A stretch of DNA of 64,000 nt from Botryllus schlosseri (Eukaryota), in assembly GCA_051294905.1 (NCBI GenBank), contig CM119378.1, positions 19,592,001 through 19,656,000 of the forward strand, given 5' to 3'. The first letter of the stretch is position 1; every line of letters begins with the position of its first letter. Under the pieces are notes generated by a model that was not told the origin of the DNA, ran no database searches, and saw nothing but the letters and a program-made list of their open reading frames with translations. Shown here one piece after another: positions 26,152-39,047 of the stretch. Position numbers and translations under genes: made by a program.

Positions 26152-27102
26152 GGGGAGATGTGGTACCGATGGATCACTGGGACCGAAAATACTTTGAAAA
26201 TTCTCTATGATAATTCCATGATTACACTCCGTGAACTTGTCTACAATTGCATGCTGGCAAAATCTTTCCTCCCATGCAAAAAAATTCGACGTGCGCGAGC
26301 AATGGGGTCTCTCAAAGATGATTTCTGTTTTAGGGGGTGTAAACTAAATTTAGATCGACATATGAATTTTTCTTTGTAACGAACAAACCAGCAATCATTT
26401 TTATTGTGAAGTGTAGGGCTTGTATCAGGCTATATAATGGCACCTATTATTTTTTTCAGTACTTTCCTTGAGTGGACTTTTTTCGATTCATGTATAAAAT
26501 TCGTAGGGTGGGGACCGATGATACTATAGCCAAATCAAGCAAAATAATCAAGCATACTAATCATGAAACAAATGAAACATGCCTACGTATAGAAAATCTT
26601 TATGTAATAATTGCATATGATGTTTTATCGCTATAACGAGGTATTTGGAAGTCACACTGTCGATTTTCGGGCAATATGTATGTACCCTCAAATTTATAAG
26701 TCCGACCCTAAATCGAAACGTGATTTTATGACAACATTTGAGTTAATATTTATTCTATTTTTTGACAGTTGCGACCAAACATTCTTCTTTGGCTTTCTGT
26801 AGCTTGGATTATAATACTGAGCAAGAAAAGTAGTCACATTTGAGTTTTCAGGGTATATGTGTCATAGGTCCCCGGGTCGTGTGTCATTGGACCCACCGGG
26901 TGGGGACCGATGACACGTTCGAGCAACAAATTTTGAACGTCCATAAATATTTTTTGAAGAGACGGATATTCATGTATATGTGCGCGATAGGTAGAGCTTG
27001 TATCAAAGTGCTGAGCCAGCAAACGATCTGCTGTTTTCGGCTGAACATTTCAGGGCCTGCGATCATTTTCCGATTTTTGATCCATCGGTACCACATCTCC
27101 CC
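26152..27102. mobile_element. TA-flanked MITE (Tc1/mariner-pogo type by TSD)
   Basis: Perfect 25-bp TIR GGGGAGATGTGGTACCGATGGATCA / TGATCCATCGGTACCACATCTCCCC, flanked by TA at 26150-26151 and 27103-27104. Internal GGGTGGGGACCGATG motifs. Confidence 0.88.
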
Positions 27103-27699
27103 TATAGCTTCCCTCCATTTGGTATCATATAAGCCAGTGGTTCTCAAACTTTTTTGAAACGTCCCCTTTATGTGATAGTAAAAATTTAAGTAATTTATGA
27201 TCGACTCTGTGATCGGTGAATTACGACTAAACGCGAAACACCCGTACAACCGGTTTGCAGATCCATGCGGCCAATCCATGGCATCAGATGAGGCGAGAAT
27301 CTTGCACAGTATGGGAAGCGTAGTTCCGTGTACCAACATGATTGAAAACAAACACTGACTTTGGGAAGATAAACACCATTTCTACTGTTTACAGATTCAT
27401 TTCTACGAATATCATCGCCTATATTTTTCAACTTGGACAAATGACGAGATTGCGCGAAATACATTTGACCTCGATGTGGAGCTGTCACTTATGCATCGCC
27501 GCATAAATTTACACTACTCACTAATCTCAGTTGTCGCGCCCTTAAGCACATACGCAGATGCTCATTGACGACATCACAAGATGTTTTATATGAAAGTATT
27601 TTGCAGCCGCGGCACTTATCAACGGTAACGTACACACAATTCATCGACACATTCTCCTGTTGATGCTACACTGCTAAGTTACAGCGGTGAATATAGTTT

Positions 27700-28198
27700 G
27701 GCTACGAAACATTGATTACACGGAATCTTTTTTGTTATTTGTCGCACAACGTTGTGAGCAAGGCTGTGGTCGCAAAAAAATCGGGCAGGCAAAACCATAC
27801 GATTATTTACCAGGACGTCACAACTGCACGGATGCGGCACGGGAATATGGAGACCTTGTCGAAGATTGTGGTGGCATTTCACAACCGAAGATAAAATAAT
27901 CGGGACGCTGCAGACAGGGATATATGCAAATAGGTCGTGACAGTTGTAATGGTATCGGTATTGGCTCTAATTGTAAAGCACTAAAGTGTACTAACCTCAT
28001 GACGTCATCATGATTCTGACGTCGCATCACAATAGCGATTTTCAGTATCTGAATGTGGTTAGCCCTTGACACTTTTTGCACTCGCGAATGAGTAATTCGT
28101 ACCACCTCACGTTCAATTATACCGTGAAGCCGTATCATACTGTGCCAGGAGGATACAATGTAGCCTGCTATATGCAAGACATCGCTACCGTTTCGCAT
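27700..28198 (-). pseudogene. Possible second decayed trypsin-like protease
   Basis: ORF 27818..28198 contains REVVRITH (cf. VxxIxxH), ANHIQILKI (cf. NDIALLKL) and SRPICI. Other frames give RQG and AVVTSW* (cf. GIVTSWG). Confidence 0.3.
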
Positions 28199-29049
28199 TC
28201 ACATAAACACTGTAGGATTGGATAAATCCAAAACATGAACGTGTCGGCACCGAATTAAGTAGCGGTGCCTTTGCGGGGACGGATCTTGATTGACAACATA
28301 TCGATGTCATGAAAGAGACTGTGCCAGCCGCTGCCAAGAAAGCGAGAGCTCATAACAAACAGACGATTTTCGAATCAGGAATACAGAATACAAAATTTCA
28401 ATCACATCACTTAAAACTTGACGAGAATATACAGGAAGATGAGTGAGTACCAGTCGTGGTGGACGCAGAAAATGTAATTCATATAGGGCACTCGACTAGG
28501 CAGTTAATTTTCAATGAAAGCTCTGCATCAAGTATGCCATATAAATATTGAATTTATATTCACCGTATATGGTTGATTGATATGTTACTGCCGTTTATTT
28601 TATTCAATATCGGTACAACAAAAACCTATTCAATTAATAGTGATAGTTTTGATTGAAAGTATTTCTGAATTGATATTATCTAATATACGGTATTTGGGAG
28701 GTGTGCTTTACTGCTTTACTGTTGCGAGCATACACCCTCAAATGGAAACAGACGCTTTCTGATATGGCACGAATTCACACATTTGCTACTGATTCGTGTA
28801 TACGAAGGTCATACAATTCCTAATCTATTTTCCACTGATGTCTTTTTCCCACACGCCCACACGTCTTTTTAACAGAACGATCGTAACTTCAAAGACGAGT
28901 TGCGTTTACACTGTAACGTGGCTTTAGGAGCAACAGTAGCTATACACTCTTACGATATTGTGTGGTCTTTATAGTAGATCAAAGGCTGTTTAAGGCTTGG
29001 TTATATAGGCGTCTGTCATATCAAGAGGTATAAGGAATGCATTGAACTT

Positions 29050-29494
29050 CTACAAGCACATAAAAAATGATATCTAAGACACGTCAAAACTACTACAAGT
29101 CGAAGTGTAAATTGAAAACCTGAAAATACTAGTATGTACTTTCGAAAGGTACAACTTTAGCTGTGAGTCGGAGGTGGCTACATTCGAAAATCCAAGATAA
29201 ATCTTAGCAAGTAACGCGAAGCAACTAATGTCACCAGAAATAGATGAGATCTGCGAAATTGTATTCAGTTACCGCGATACAGGGGATCTTTTTAACGGTT
29301 ATTGTAGGAATTTAACTCAGAGAGCTGACTTAAACTCAACCCGAGCTAGACTTTCTTCATTTTAAAATCTACAGTGTAAAAAACCGCTAAAAGTGTTAAG
29401 CAGTACGGCCAGTTGTCTAAAACATGACCAGTCGAGTAAGTACTATGTAGTAAAAGTTAGTAGAATCTAGAAGCAATTCGTTACTGACCACTTC
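29050..29494 (-). mobile_element. Degenerate copy of the CAGAGGTGGTC (AGTAGAAGTA-rich) MITE family
   Basis: Ends in TTACTGACCACTTC, matching the reverse complement of the family terminus. Internal TCGGAGGTGGCTAC matches the reverse complement of 50318-50777. Confidence 0.65.
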
Positions 29495-30143
29495 AAGTAG
29501 ACTCACAACATTATATCACGGATACACGGCCCTACTTCGGCATACGTTATATAATGCATGTAACTGAGCCCTTACACAAACCAGCAATAACCTCCAAGTC
29601 ATGTCGACTGAGGGTGTATTCATGATACATTTTGGTATAATGATTCACATACGACATTTCCCAATTGGTTTAGGGGAGTATTTTAAAAAACAATACCGAT
29701 GATTTATGCCACGAATGATATTGCAATTAGAAAGACGCAACGGTAAAGGTATAGCTAGAGCGACGCAACTAACACAATATCTTTCGCCTGTGTCTGCCGG
29801 TACGTAAGTCACCCGCCGGAAATGTCACGGTTTTGGACTTGGATGCCAATATATCAGCATCGCATGCAATACCAAATTTGAAACAACTGATTCCCTAATA
29901 AAAACACCCCCACTTTTCTACCACGACAATATCCATACACACACACATTTACACATGCGCCCCCCCCCGACACGGATACACTACATGCTGAACATTGTGA
30001 TGCCATCGATGTAGGCACCATACACCGTGAATGCATTGGTGATAAGTTGGTGTACACACAAAATTTCCACGCTACCAGGGTGCAAGACAGGCCATCACAG
30101 CTTTTTGGTGGTAAAGTTTGATATCGCACCCATTGTAATGAAT

Positions 30144-32306
30144 CAGTGGTTCTCAACCTTTTTGTTTTCGCGGACCCCTTTCGGATAGTCACGGACCCCG
30201 CGGACCCCCACCAAGTTTCTCACTTCAAATCGTGCAATCGTCATCTCTGATTTGTGCAATAGGCCTAAACCAGCAGGAATGGGCGACTTCTATGATGCTG
30301 CAAACTACCTACTAAAAGACGGACCTACGGGGCTCGTTCACTTTCGGACCAAAAACACATTTTCTCCGTAGGCTGTAGTCAGTTTGGTCCGAAAGTGAAC
30401 GAGCCCCGTCCTGGTCCGGTTTCGTCAAATTCCGATTTGATTATTAGGCTTCAAGTACTTCGGATATGCGACTATCTTACCCGTCAATCTATTCGATACA
30501 CACTGACATAGGTCTGTTTTGTAACTGAAAGTAATTGAACTACTGTGGTGCAATTACTTGAAAGTTGGGATGTAGATGAAGCCATACGAGCAAGTCTAGT
30601 ATAGCTAGCATCGGATTATCTATCGAACATTCGTATTATTTGAATATGTGAGTGGCGGTAATAAACTTCAATATTGCTTTCAGATCTACATTGATCGCAG
30701 TGGAATTTATAACTCTAACACTTTTCGCGTGCACCTTATCAAGAGTTAACGGCGCAGGAATGATTGCTAAATGTAGATCTGCTTCCCATCAGTCTCTGTC
30801 TCTAAAATTGACCAATCCTTATTTATGCCGGCAGGAGTAGTTTCTCTACAATTTTAAAATTGTCCATTAATATATAGGCTACCGCTAAATGTCCGTGTCT
30901 ATTATAATTTGATTTTCTGTCGTGTCTTTATTATGATTACCGGTACAGCTGATTTGCCTAGCGTTCCGTTTTATTATTGCATTGTTACGCCACACATTGC
31001 CAATTTAGCTTTCGTTTGGATCTCTTTCCATAATCTAATCATGCTTCATATTGTGCCGAATATGCACACGAAAAGTCTTCGAGTTACTAAATTCTACTGC
31101 AATGAATCTATCCTGAAAGCAAATTAGTATTTTGTCGACTATCTGTGCTTCTAATGCAAATCGTGTTAATAATGACGGATTTTGCCCAACGTTAGGACAT
31201 TTTCTAAAGCGACCTTATGATTCAAATTTCATAAAGATCGATTGATTCATTCGTTTCAAAATCATGGGTGTATGACTGATTTTCCAATACGAGGGTAGGG
31301 GTGGGGTGCAGTGTAGTCTATCCCCTTACGCATGGCTGGACAATGCAAAATCATCAGAATATATATACCTGTCCTATTTTTTCACAAATACTGTCTTCAA
31401 TTTGAAAAGTTCAATTTCTCGGCTTTTCAGTTTGCGCAAATATGGTTCAGCTGCGGAGAGAAATTATTGTAGCAAAAGACCTTCAATCTCGATCAAACTT
31501 GCCTCCAAACCAGACGTAGGCGTGTTCTACGTGGTAGAATCATAGAAATCGGAGTAAGACTGTTAATTTGCTAGCTAATGTTTTTTTTTTATGAAATCTG
31601 ATGGTCCTATGGACATTTCATGACGCATTATTTGGAGTGTACACGAACTCCTTGAAGAAACAGGCTTTCCAGCGTACCAGCCAAGGATACCAGACAAGAA
31701 TTGCTTCATTTTTGTCCAATGAATTATTCTGAGAAACCAAAATTGACCTATCATAGAAAGAATAGTACATTGAAGTCACACACGAAATTGTGAGAAGCTT
31801 GATTGTCACTAGTAGGTTGACTTGTGACGTTCGTTATCACGCAAAAGAACTCTCAAAATTTGACAAACGCATTTTTAATGAATATATACCGTCAAGCCTG
31901 GTCTTGTCTATCCAGCATTCAATCTTGAAGTTATCATGGAAAAAAAGGAGATGTATATCACAGGAGAGAAACGATTTTTGTAAACATTTCGAAGTCGCCG
32001 TGATTGACCTTACTCATCCAACTTTTTTTCCACAATTCCCAACAAAACATTTCTAAACAGCAAAATGCTTGTATCAGTAGGCTCTTGGCAATTACAATGA
32101 GTCTGCACAGAGTAGGATATCTCATCTCGGATGGCCATTTTGTTAATGTGAGCTCTGTAGTTTTACTAGTAATGAAGCGAAAGTGCCTCGTGATTTTCTG
32201 AATTTAAAACAAAATTAGTTTATCAATTATTTTGAAGCTTCGCGGACCCCCTGAAAATGCTTCGCGGACCCCCAGGGGTCCGCGGACCCCCGGTTGAGAA
32301 CCGCTG
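30144..32306 (+). mobile_element. Non-autonomous hAT (Charlie/Buster-type) element with GCGGACCCC subterminal repeats
   Basis: TIR CAGTGGTTCTCAACC...GGTTGAGAACCGCTG and perfect 8-bp TSD TAATGAAT (30136-30143, 32307-32314). Same family as 62122-63656 (inverted). Weak transposase C-terminal relic (L*EA*LSL; CLSSIQ) at ~31790-31930. Confidence 0.95.
30327..30409. repeat. 83-bp hairpin (27-bp perfect arms), probable collapsed MITE
   Basis: ACGGGGCTCGTTCACTTTCGGACCAAA and its exact reverse complement, separated by a 29-nt loop. Confidence 0.9.
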
Positions 32307-33256
32307 TAATGAATGAAACTAGCCAAACAATTTTTGTAGTTGTTTTAGTCGGTTTTGTTTAAGCGCGTACCAGCGTATGGCGGTTTCTAGGGGTGGTATA
32401 CGAAAGCAGAAATCGTTTCTATACGTCCCTGGGACAAATATCCATAAAAATCAGTGTTTTTGACTCGTTCCTACGTATTGAAATAGCCGCGGAAGAAAAA
32501 TGTTGCGTCAGAAAGTGCCGTTTACCTAATTTTCATCACACTACGGTTAAAATCGGCGAAACACAGTAATTTCGAGTGTGTATAGTTCGTCCAATTCATT
32601 CATTCCAGCTATTGATCAATTCTACTTTACTGAAAATTTTTCGGAAACTATAATTGTATGTCGCCCAAACCAAAGTACGAGGTTTGCTCGGACGTAGCCA
32701 AATACCGGAGCCATCTAGCGATAAGTTGATCACGCGCCTATTCATTAAACATTAGTTTCCGTCAATCATGAGTCAGTTACAGAAACTCCTTCATTTTATC
32801 GACATGTCACCAGCGCATTTCACCGCCATTCTCCCGAACATACAAATCCTCTGTTCGACTGAAACGGCACCTGGTCACGACTTTGAATATACGCCTTCGA
32901 ATGGGAAAGCCGCGCATTACAGTTTCGTGTTGACAATCGCCGGCATTCGTGTCCGAAACCTGAAGAAACTTTGATGAACTTAATGTAATCAAATGATCGG
33001 AAAATAGCGCGGGTTGCGGCCGGGAACATGGCCAGGAATACGTGTACCATTCGTTACTGCGGATTTGCGATGTGTCTTCGATTGCAAATTCAAACTATAT
33101 CCGAGGAGCTACACCTTTTTGATAGTTACAAATGGCCAATGCTCTATACATGGGTCACTAACAGGCGGGCGGCCATCTTGTTTCAGATTTCGGAATATTG
33201 CGTGATTATGTATTTCTACATGCTGGAAATAATTTCAATTTTCAAAGGCTGAACAG

Positions 33257-33874
33257 TAGGGCTGTTCAAAAATAACTTTTTTTCCCGGATTCCAGCCATT
33301 CAATGATTAAATTGTCAGGTTACCCTAAAAAACGCTGCACACCAAATTTGGTTCGATTCTAACAAGTATAGGACTCCGCAGATCCAATTAAACTTTTTAA
33401 TTTATTATGGAAAATTGAAAAAAAAATTTCCAAATTTTTCTGCCAACCCCATGAAATTGTTGAGCTGTCCTCAAAGACGTTGCAAAACAAATTTGAGTCA
33501 ATTCCGACCAGTAGAAGCGGAGTTATGTGATTTTTTCGTTGATAAATCGCGGATTATCCAACGATCACGGATAATCCGAGGATTATCATCGGAAAACTCA
33601 CATAACTCCGCTACTACTGGTCGGAATTGACTCAAATTTGTTTTGCAACGTCTTTGAAGACAGCTCAACAATTTCATGGGGTTGGCAGAAAAATCTGGAA
33701 TTTTTTTTTTTTCAATTTTCCATAATAAATTAAAAATTTTAATTGGATCTGCGGAGTCCTATACTTGTTAGAATCGAACCAAATTTGGTTTGCAGCGTTT
33801 TTTATGGTAACCTGACAATTTAATCAGTGAATGGCTGGAATCCGGGAAAAAAAAGTTATTTTTGAACAGCCCTA
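33257..33874. mobile_element. Almost fully palindromic 618-bp foldback MITE (hAT-type ends)
   Basis: Ends TAGGGCTGTTCAAAAATAAC...GTTATTTTTGAACAGCCCTA with perfect 8-bp TSD CTGAACAG (33249-33256, 33875-33882). The arms pair to within ~9 nt of the centre (loop ~33560-33568). Confidence 0.97.
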
Positions 33875-36800
33875 CTGAACAGGTACAGAATATTCTTCGT
33901 CAATATTTAAATCTTGCGCCTATCAATTTTGAAAGTGGCCCGCTACATATTTTAGGTTGGAGACACCTGCTATACACAGTACTATGTCGTTTCTATAATG
34001 TAGTGGTTCCCAACCTGTGGCGGTCTGTGCCTCAATTTGACCACGAGATCACGTCTTGTAGCATCCGAATGATGTCGGGAGAAAACATAGGCCAACAAAA
34101 GTATCTATGGAAAATGTCCACTAAGGCATGAAAAATACCTCAAAACCTTGCTTTAACAGCCGCAGTGGACAAACCCTATAAACCGTAAATGCATGGTTGG
34201 AACATATTTAGGTGTATTGACCAAGTTGTACTTTCGCACCCATTAGAACGTATGAAAGCGAGTCAAAATCACCTATCCTTATGGATATATATATATCCCA
34301 GAGTGTAGAGGGCTATGTTTACGTGTATAACCTTTTGCGATTCATTAGGGTGGCGCGCGTTAACATAGCCCATTGGTATATTCGACCCATTTACAGCAGG
34401 TGGAATGGGCGTGAAAATAGTGTGATTAAGTACAATAAAGTTCGGATGCTCTGATTGGCTCCATACGCTATGGTGAAAATCTAGTCAATACACCTATGTT
34501 CAACCCATGTATTTACAGTGATGATATGCATACAATGAGGAGGAAGATGACACTACATGGACTTGTAACTCCTCATATTGCCTCGTGGCCCCACTGGGGG
34601 TAGGGAGCACTGTATTGCGTTAAAATTAGGCTCGGTGTTTCACCACGACACGGGATTAATATACAGTGGAAGGCTGCGGTTTTATATAGGTGGAAACTGA
34701 GATGTGTTCAATCCAAACCCGGTTTCGACACGAAAAATAAGACTGCCTAGACTTCTAAAATAGTAGCAAGACATAAGGGCGAACATGCAGTTTCCAGGTG
34801 TTTAGACTAGAACCATACTGTTTAAATATCATTTTATTTCAAATATCTGAGCATCATGCCGTCGAAAATTGAACATTTTACACGGTTCAAGGACGAAAAT
34901 GGGGGTGAACGCTAAGTGCACAAGGATGACATCAGTTTCACAAAGCGTAAATGTGTTTTTCCGTTTCGAACGCAGCATAAACATTGCTCACGAAATGGTG
35001 GGTTTTGGCTACCACCTATCACAATCACGAATGTAGCGCCAACAAAATCTTTTATGCGATATGTATAGATACAGTGCAGATGTTCATTCTCTAGTAAAAT
35101 GCTGACGGTAAGCAGCATAGGTAAGATTTAGGGATGTATACACTTCTCAGAATCTCATCGACTCAACAGCATACCGCGTCATAGACTTGACGCCGTCACG
35201 TAGCTTAATATCTGCAATTGCATGCGGCAGTATATATATTACTTTGCTGTACACGCATGGTCGATATTTGGAAATGTAAAAGTCATATTTTACCTGATAA
35301 CAGGTTGGTTTAAAATTTCAAATCACCATTGAAATTGGTATCGTCTTCTGTTGAAACGCAATATAATACATACAACTATTGAATTTGAGGATATAATTTA
35401 TGCTGAATATGTTAGTTACAGCAGATCGGAGATTATATAGGTTTTGGATAAACAAGTGCACGCAAGATCTACAACCGGATTTGGCGCAGGTATAGCTCTC
35501 AAACACCACCTACAAGACATCGCATATACATCGTCTGTAATAAAACTTATTACAGACGCGTGTTTTGTAAACTGCCGCATCCATATAGGAAGATGAAATC
35601 TGCCGTAGTGAAGTTTTATGAAAACAGGATGGCACTTTGGCTTCTATAAACAGTGAGACACGTACGCACACTCGCACAGTCTCGACTAAAATTTGAGAAG
35701 TTATGCTGACGTAAATTTTACGATTTATATCAATTTGTACTTGATATCAAGCATAATTCATGATCCAAACTGACGATTACGGTATTTCAATTTTTAATTA
35801 ATGCAGTCCGGATGGGTCGGGTGAAAATTTGGTCTAAAGTATTGTCGTCAAATTTAATTAATAACTGACGATAAGACAAAACAATATAATTGTACTTAAT
35901 TGTCACAATACATCAATGACGTAACAATCGAAACACAGTACCGTGTAATTTACATATTGATTCCAAATTTGTCAGTCCTTATCGCAAAACTTTCAATATA
36001 CCGTCTCCGCGGGCAAACTGGTGCAATGCGCAGATATTGCAACCATTAGAAAACGGGCCTTTCCGATATTAACGTAAATAAGTGCTATTATTAGGCTCGG
36101 CGCGTCATCATTGGGACTTTTCATGCTCATTGCTCACACAAACGCGTATTAACTTTAGTATGCTACCAGTGAGCAGGCTGTAACTTGTTTCTAAGTAACT
36201 TGACGTGAATGAAGGTGATAATTACCCAAGTGATCATTATTAATTTTCTTTGCAAATTACAGAATCGTTAGTAAAATTCGCAATAAACAGTTGTAATGAA
36301 AAGGGAACGGTTGTCCATTACACAGAAAAGCAGTGCTACCGTATAGAAAAATGGAATGTTTCGAAACTCGAAAGTGACATTTAACTCAGAGTGCTCTGTT
36401 AGGATCCGGAGTTTAACTGATTACACCTTTGTTCATATTTTTCAGAATATTTAATAATGAACCCTGGTTTGTTGCACTTGCTGAAATTTCTGAAGCATTG
36501 ATCCGTATCCGGAGTATAGATCCGGGTCTGATAGTGTGGAATGAGGTGGCATGTCAGGTGAATGATAAGGAGCCAGATTCTAGTAGTACCAACCGTTGTA
36601 GGGTACTGTTCCTACCACTATGATGCCACACGAAATCTTTTCAAACGAAGGATAAGGAATCAAAGCGAGCGAAGTAACCTTTACTACGTGACAACGTGCG
36701 CGTCGTTTACCAATACTAGTCCGGCACAGTCGAGTCGCTGAGGCTACTCGGGCATACGCAATTGACATAAATGCGGATAAACAACACTAAATAGCCAAGT

Positions 36801-37889
36801 TCATGATCCCGATTTAAACATACCACAATCAAAATCAACAAAATGATTAATGACACGCACAACCACCCGATGTCACGTATAGCTGTCGGCTGTCGGCGCT
36901 AGCACATGAGATGTTAGATGAGCATGAACACTGAACAGTGAACACACGTCTAGCTATGCAAAATGAATATACTATATATACTATATACAGGCTACTTGTC
37001 CGCTCTCGAGATTACTGGACTACGTTGTGACATTTCTATATCGACTACGGACACATGATACTTCATTTTAATCGCTTTTCCTTTTATATATCTTCTGTTT
37101 CTTTATTATTCGGCGTATATGCTTCTTATGTAAATGTTCTAGAGGCCAAGGGGATATTTGACTGAAAGACTACTCCTTCCTGTCTTAGCATTTAATCACA
37201 ATATTGTGGCTTTTTATACGATGAAATACTATTAAAAAACTGAACCAAATGAACTTTAACAAGAGAACGTGGCAGTAACACACTAGATGTCCACAAAGAG
37301 CAATTAATGATGACGCAAATCGTACGCCGTGCCTGTCAGGGCATGCGGGATTTTACCAGCAGGCATTGTATGCAAAACGACAATGCAGTTGTGATCTTGC
37401 TAATTACGAGCAACACCCAGTCTTGATGATCTCCGGATCTCGCGTTTTCTCTTTACACGGATCGTAACATCAAATGCCATCGCGAACGATGCAATTACTA
37501 TCAAAACAAAGAGCTGGCATGTAACTACTTTTGAGGTCGCATTCGTGGCTTAAGGAGTGTTCCGATGCCAAGAGTATGGCCGCGTCATTGAAGAGAGTTT
37601 TGATAGATCCGAGTAGACCTTAATACTTCAACCCTAAAAGTCACCCCGATACGTAATTCCTACCAGGCGCTATCTATCATCATTTCTCTAGAACAGAGGT
37701 TCTCAACCGCCGGTCCGCGGACCGGTGCCGGTCCGCGACGACATTCCTGCCGGTCCGCCAGGTATATTACAATTTTATACCTTAATTTCAGGATGCAATG
37801 TTGAAGACGATAAGTACTGAACAGACACGAGCTCATCGCTAAACAAAGCAGTCTGCGCGATCATTCGTATTCAATTCATTCATTTTGTG

Positions 37890-39047
37890 CAGGGCCGTAA
37901 CTTAGGCACTCCAAACCGCCCAGTTGGAGAGGGGCCGAGCTTGAAAAAGGCCCGAAATTATTTTGCAAATGAACATAAATCATGGAGTATTTTTTTAAAA
38001 ACTTTTTTCAACATTTTTCAACTTCTTTTCCGCTCTTTGCGCGATTTAGTGTCACTGAATGTCTTGCATATTAGGTTCCCTTCTCCGAGAAATACGCATG
38101 ATTTATAGAAATAGGCAGTTCGGCGTCAGCCATTACCGCGCCACGACGTACCAACACATTATGAAGTTTACGCTAACATGGGACTCCGAAAGGCTGGGTT
38201 GTAATGACTCGAGTCGCGATATTCGAATGACTCGACTTGATTCGAGTTATTTTTTTCAAAATACGGAAACGACTCGACTCGATTTGACTCGAGTCAATCT
38301 GTGTATGGACTCGACTTGAACACGAGTCATTGCGCATGATTCGAACCAAGTCATATGACTCGAGACCCAAACGGCCAGGACCGACATTTCATTGTAATTT
38401 CGAAAAATATTAAAGCAACCACAATATTGAGATTTCGTCTATTAGTACTCGTACTTGAAAATGCGCCCAATAACTGCTGAAAGTGAGGAAAATTAGGATA
38501 TTATTAATGCAAACCATTCGATATCATCAAACATAGTTCTAAAAATTGGGTTTAACAAGACTTTAACTGGAAACTGAACAGTCAACAAAGAGACTTGGAC
38601 TCGGACTCGAGTCATAATACCATGACTCAGACTTGACCCTCTGCTCGCTGACTTGGACTCGGATTTGACTCGGTGGTGAATTCAAAATGACAATAGATTT
38701 GACTCGAATCAAAACTATAAAAGTGAGATTGACTTGTAACTCGAAGCCTTGTGACTTGTTTACAACCCTCCGAAAGGTGTGCCAAAATTTCGGCATCGAG
38801 AAAACCTCTTAAATCATGAATGATCCAAAATTTTCGCTATAGGTGCGATTAAGCTACATAAACTCTTTGCTTACATTGAGTAGAATGAATGTGCTCACTA
38901 TTACAGGTGTAAACCTATCCACCCAACTGTAGGGTCTGGGGGCGAAGCCCCCGGAAGTTTTGCTGATCGCCTTGTGGAGGCCCAAGACCAACGTTTTTGG
39001 GGGTGGGCTGACGAAGTGCTTTTTCGGCCCGGATTTGCGCATGGCCG
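37890..39047. mobile_element. Probable nested PIF/Harbinger-like MITE
   Basis: Begins CAGGGCCGTAACTT and carries the internal GGGTCTGGGGGCGAAGCCCCCGG motif. Right end and TSD are not clear. Confidence 0.45.
38194..38769 (+). mobile_element. GACTCGAGTC-array MITE (hAT-type), nested
   Basis: Ends CTGGGTTGTAA...TTACAACCCT with direct repeat CCGAAAGG (38186-38193, 38770-38777). Homologous in inverted orientation to 52787-53365. Confidence 0.92.

Noticed and set aside
35318-35509. GPCR TM6-7 relic (ILKFNSCMYY); similar hints at 55570-56100 and 8400-8700
   Set aside because: Motif matches are partial, and AT-rich sequence readily gives such hydrophobic strings.
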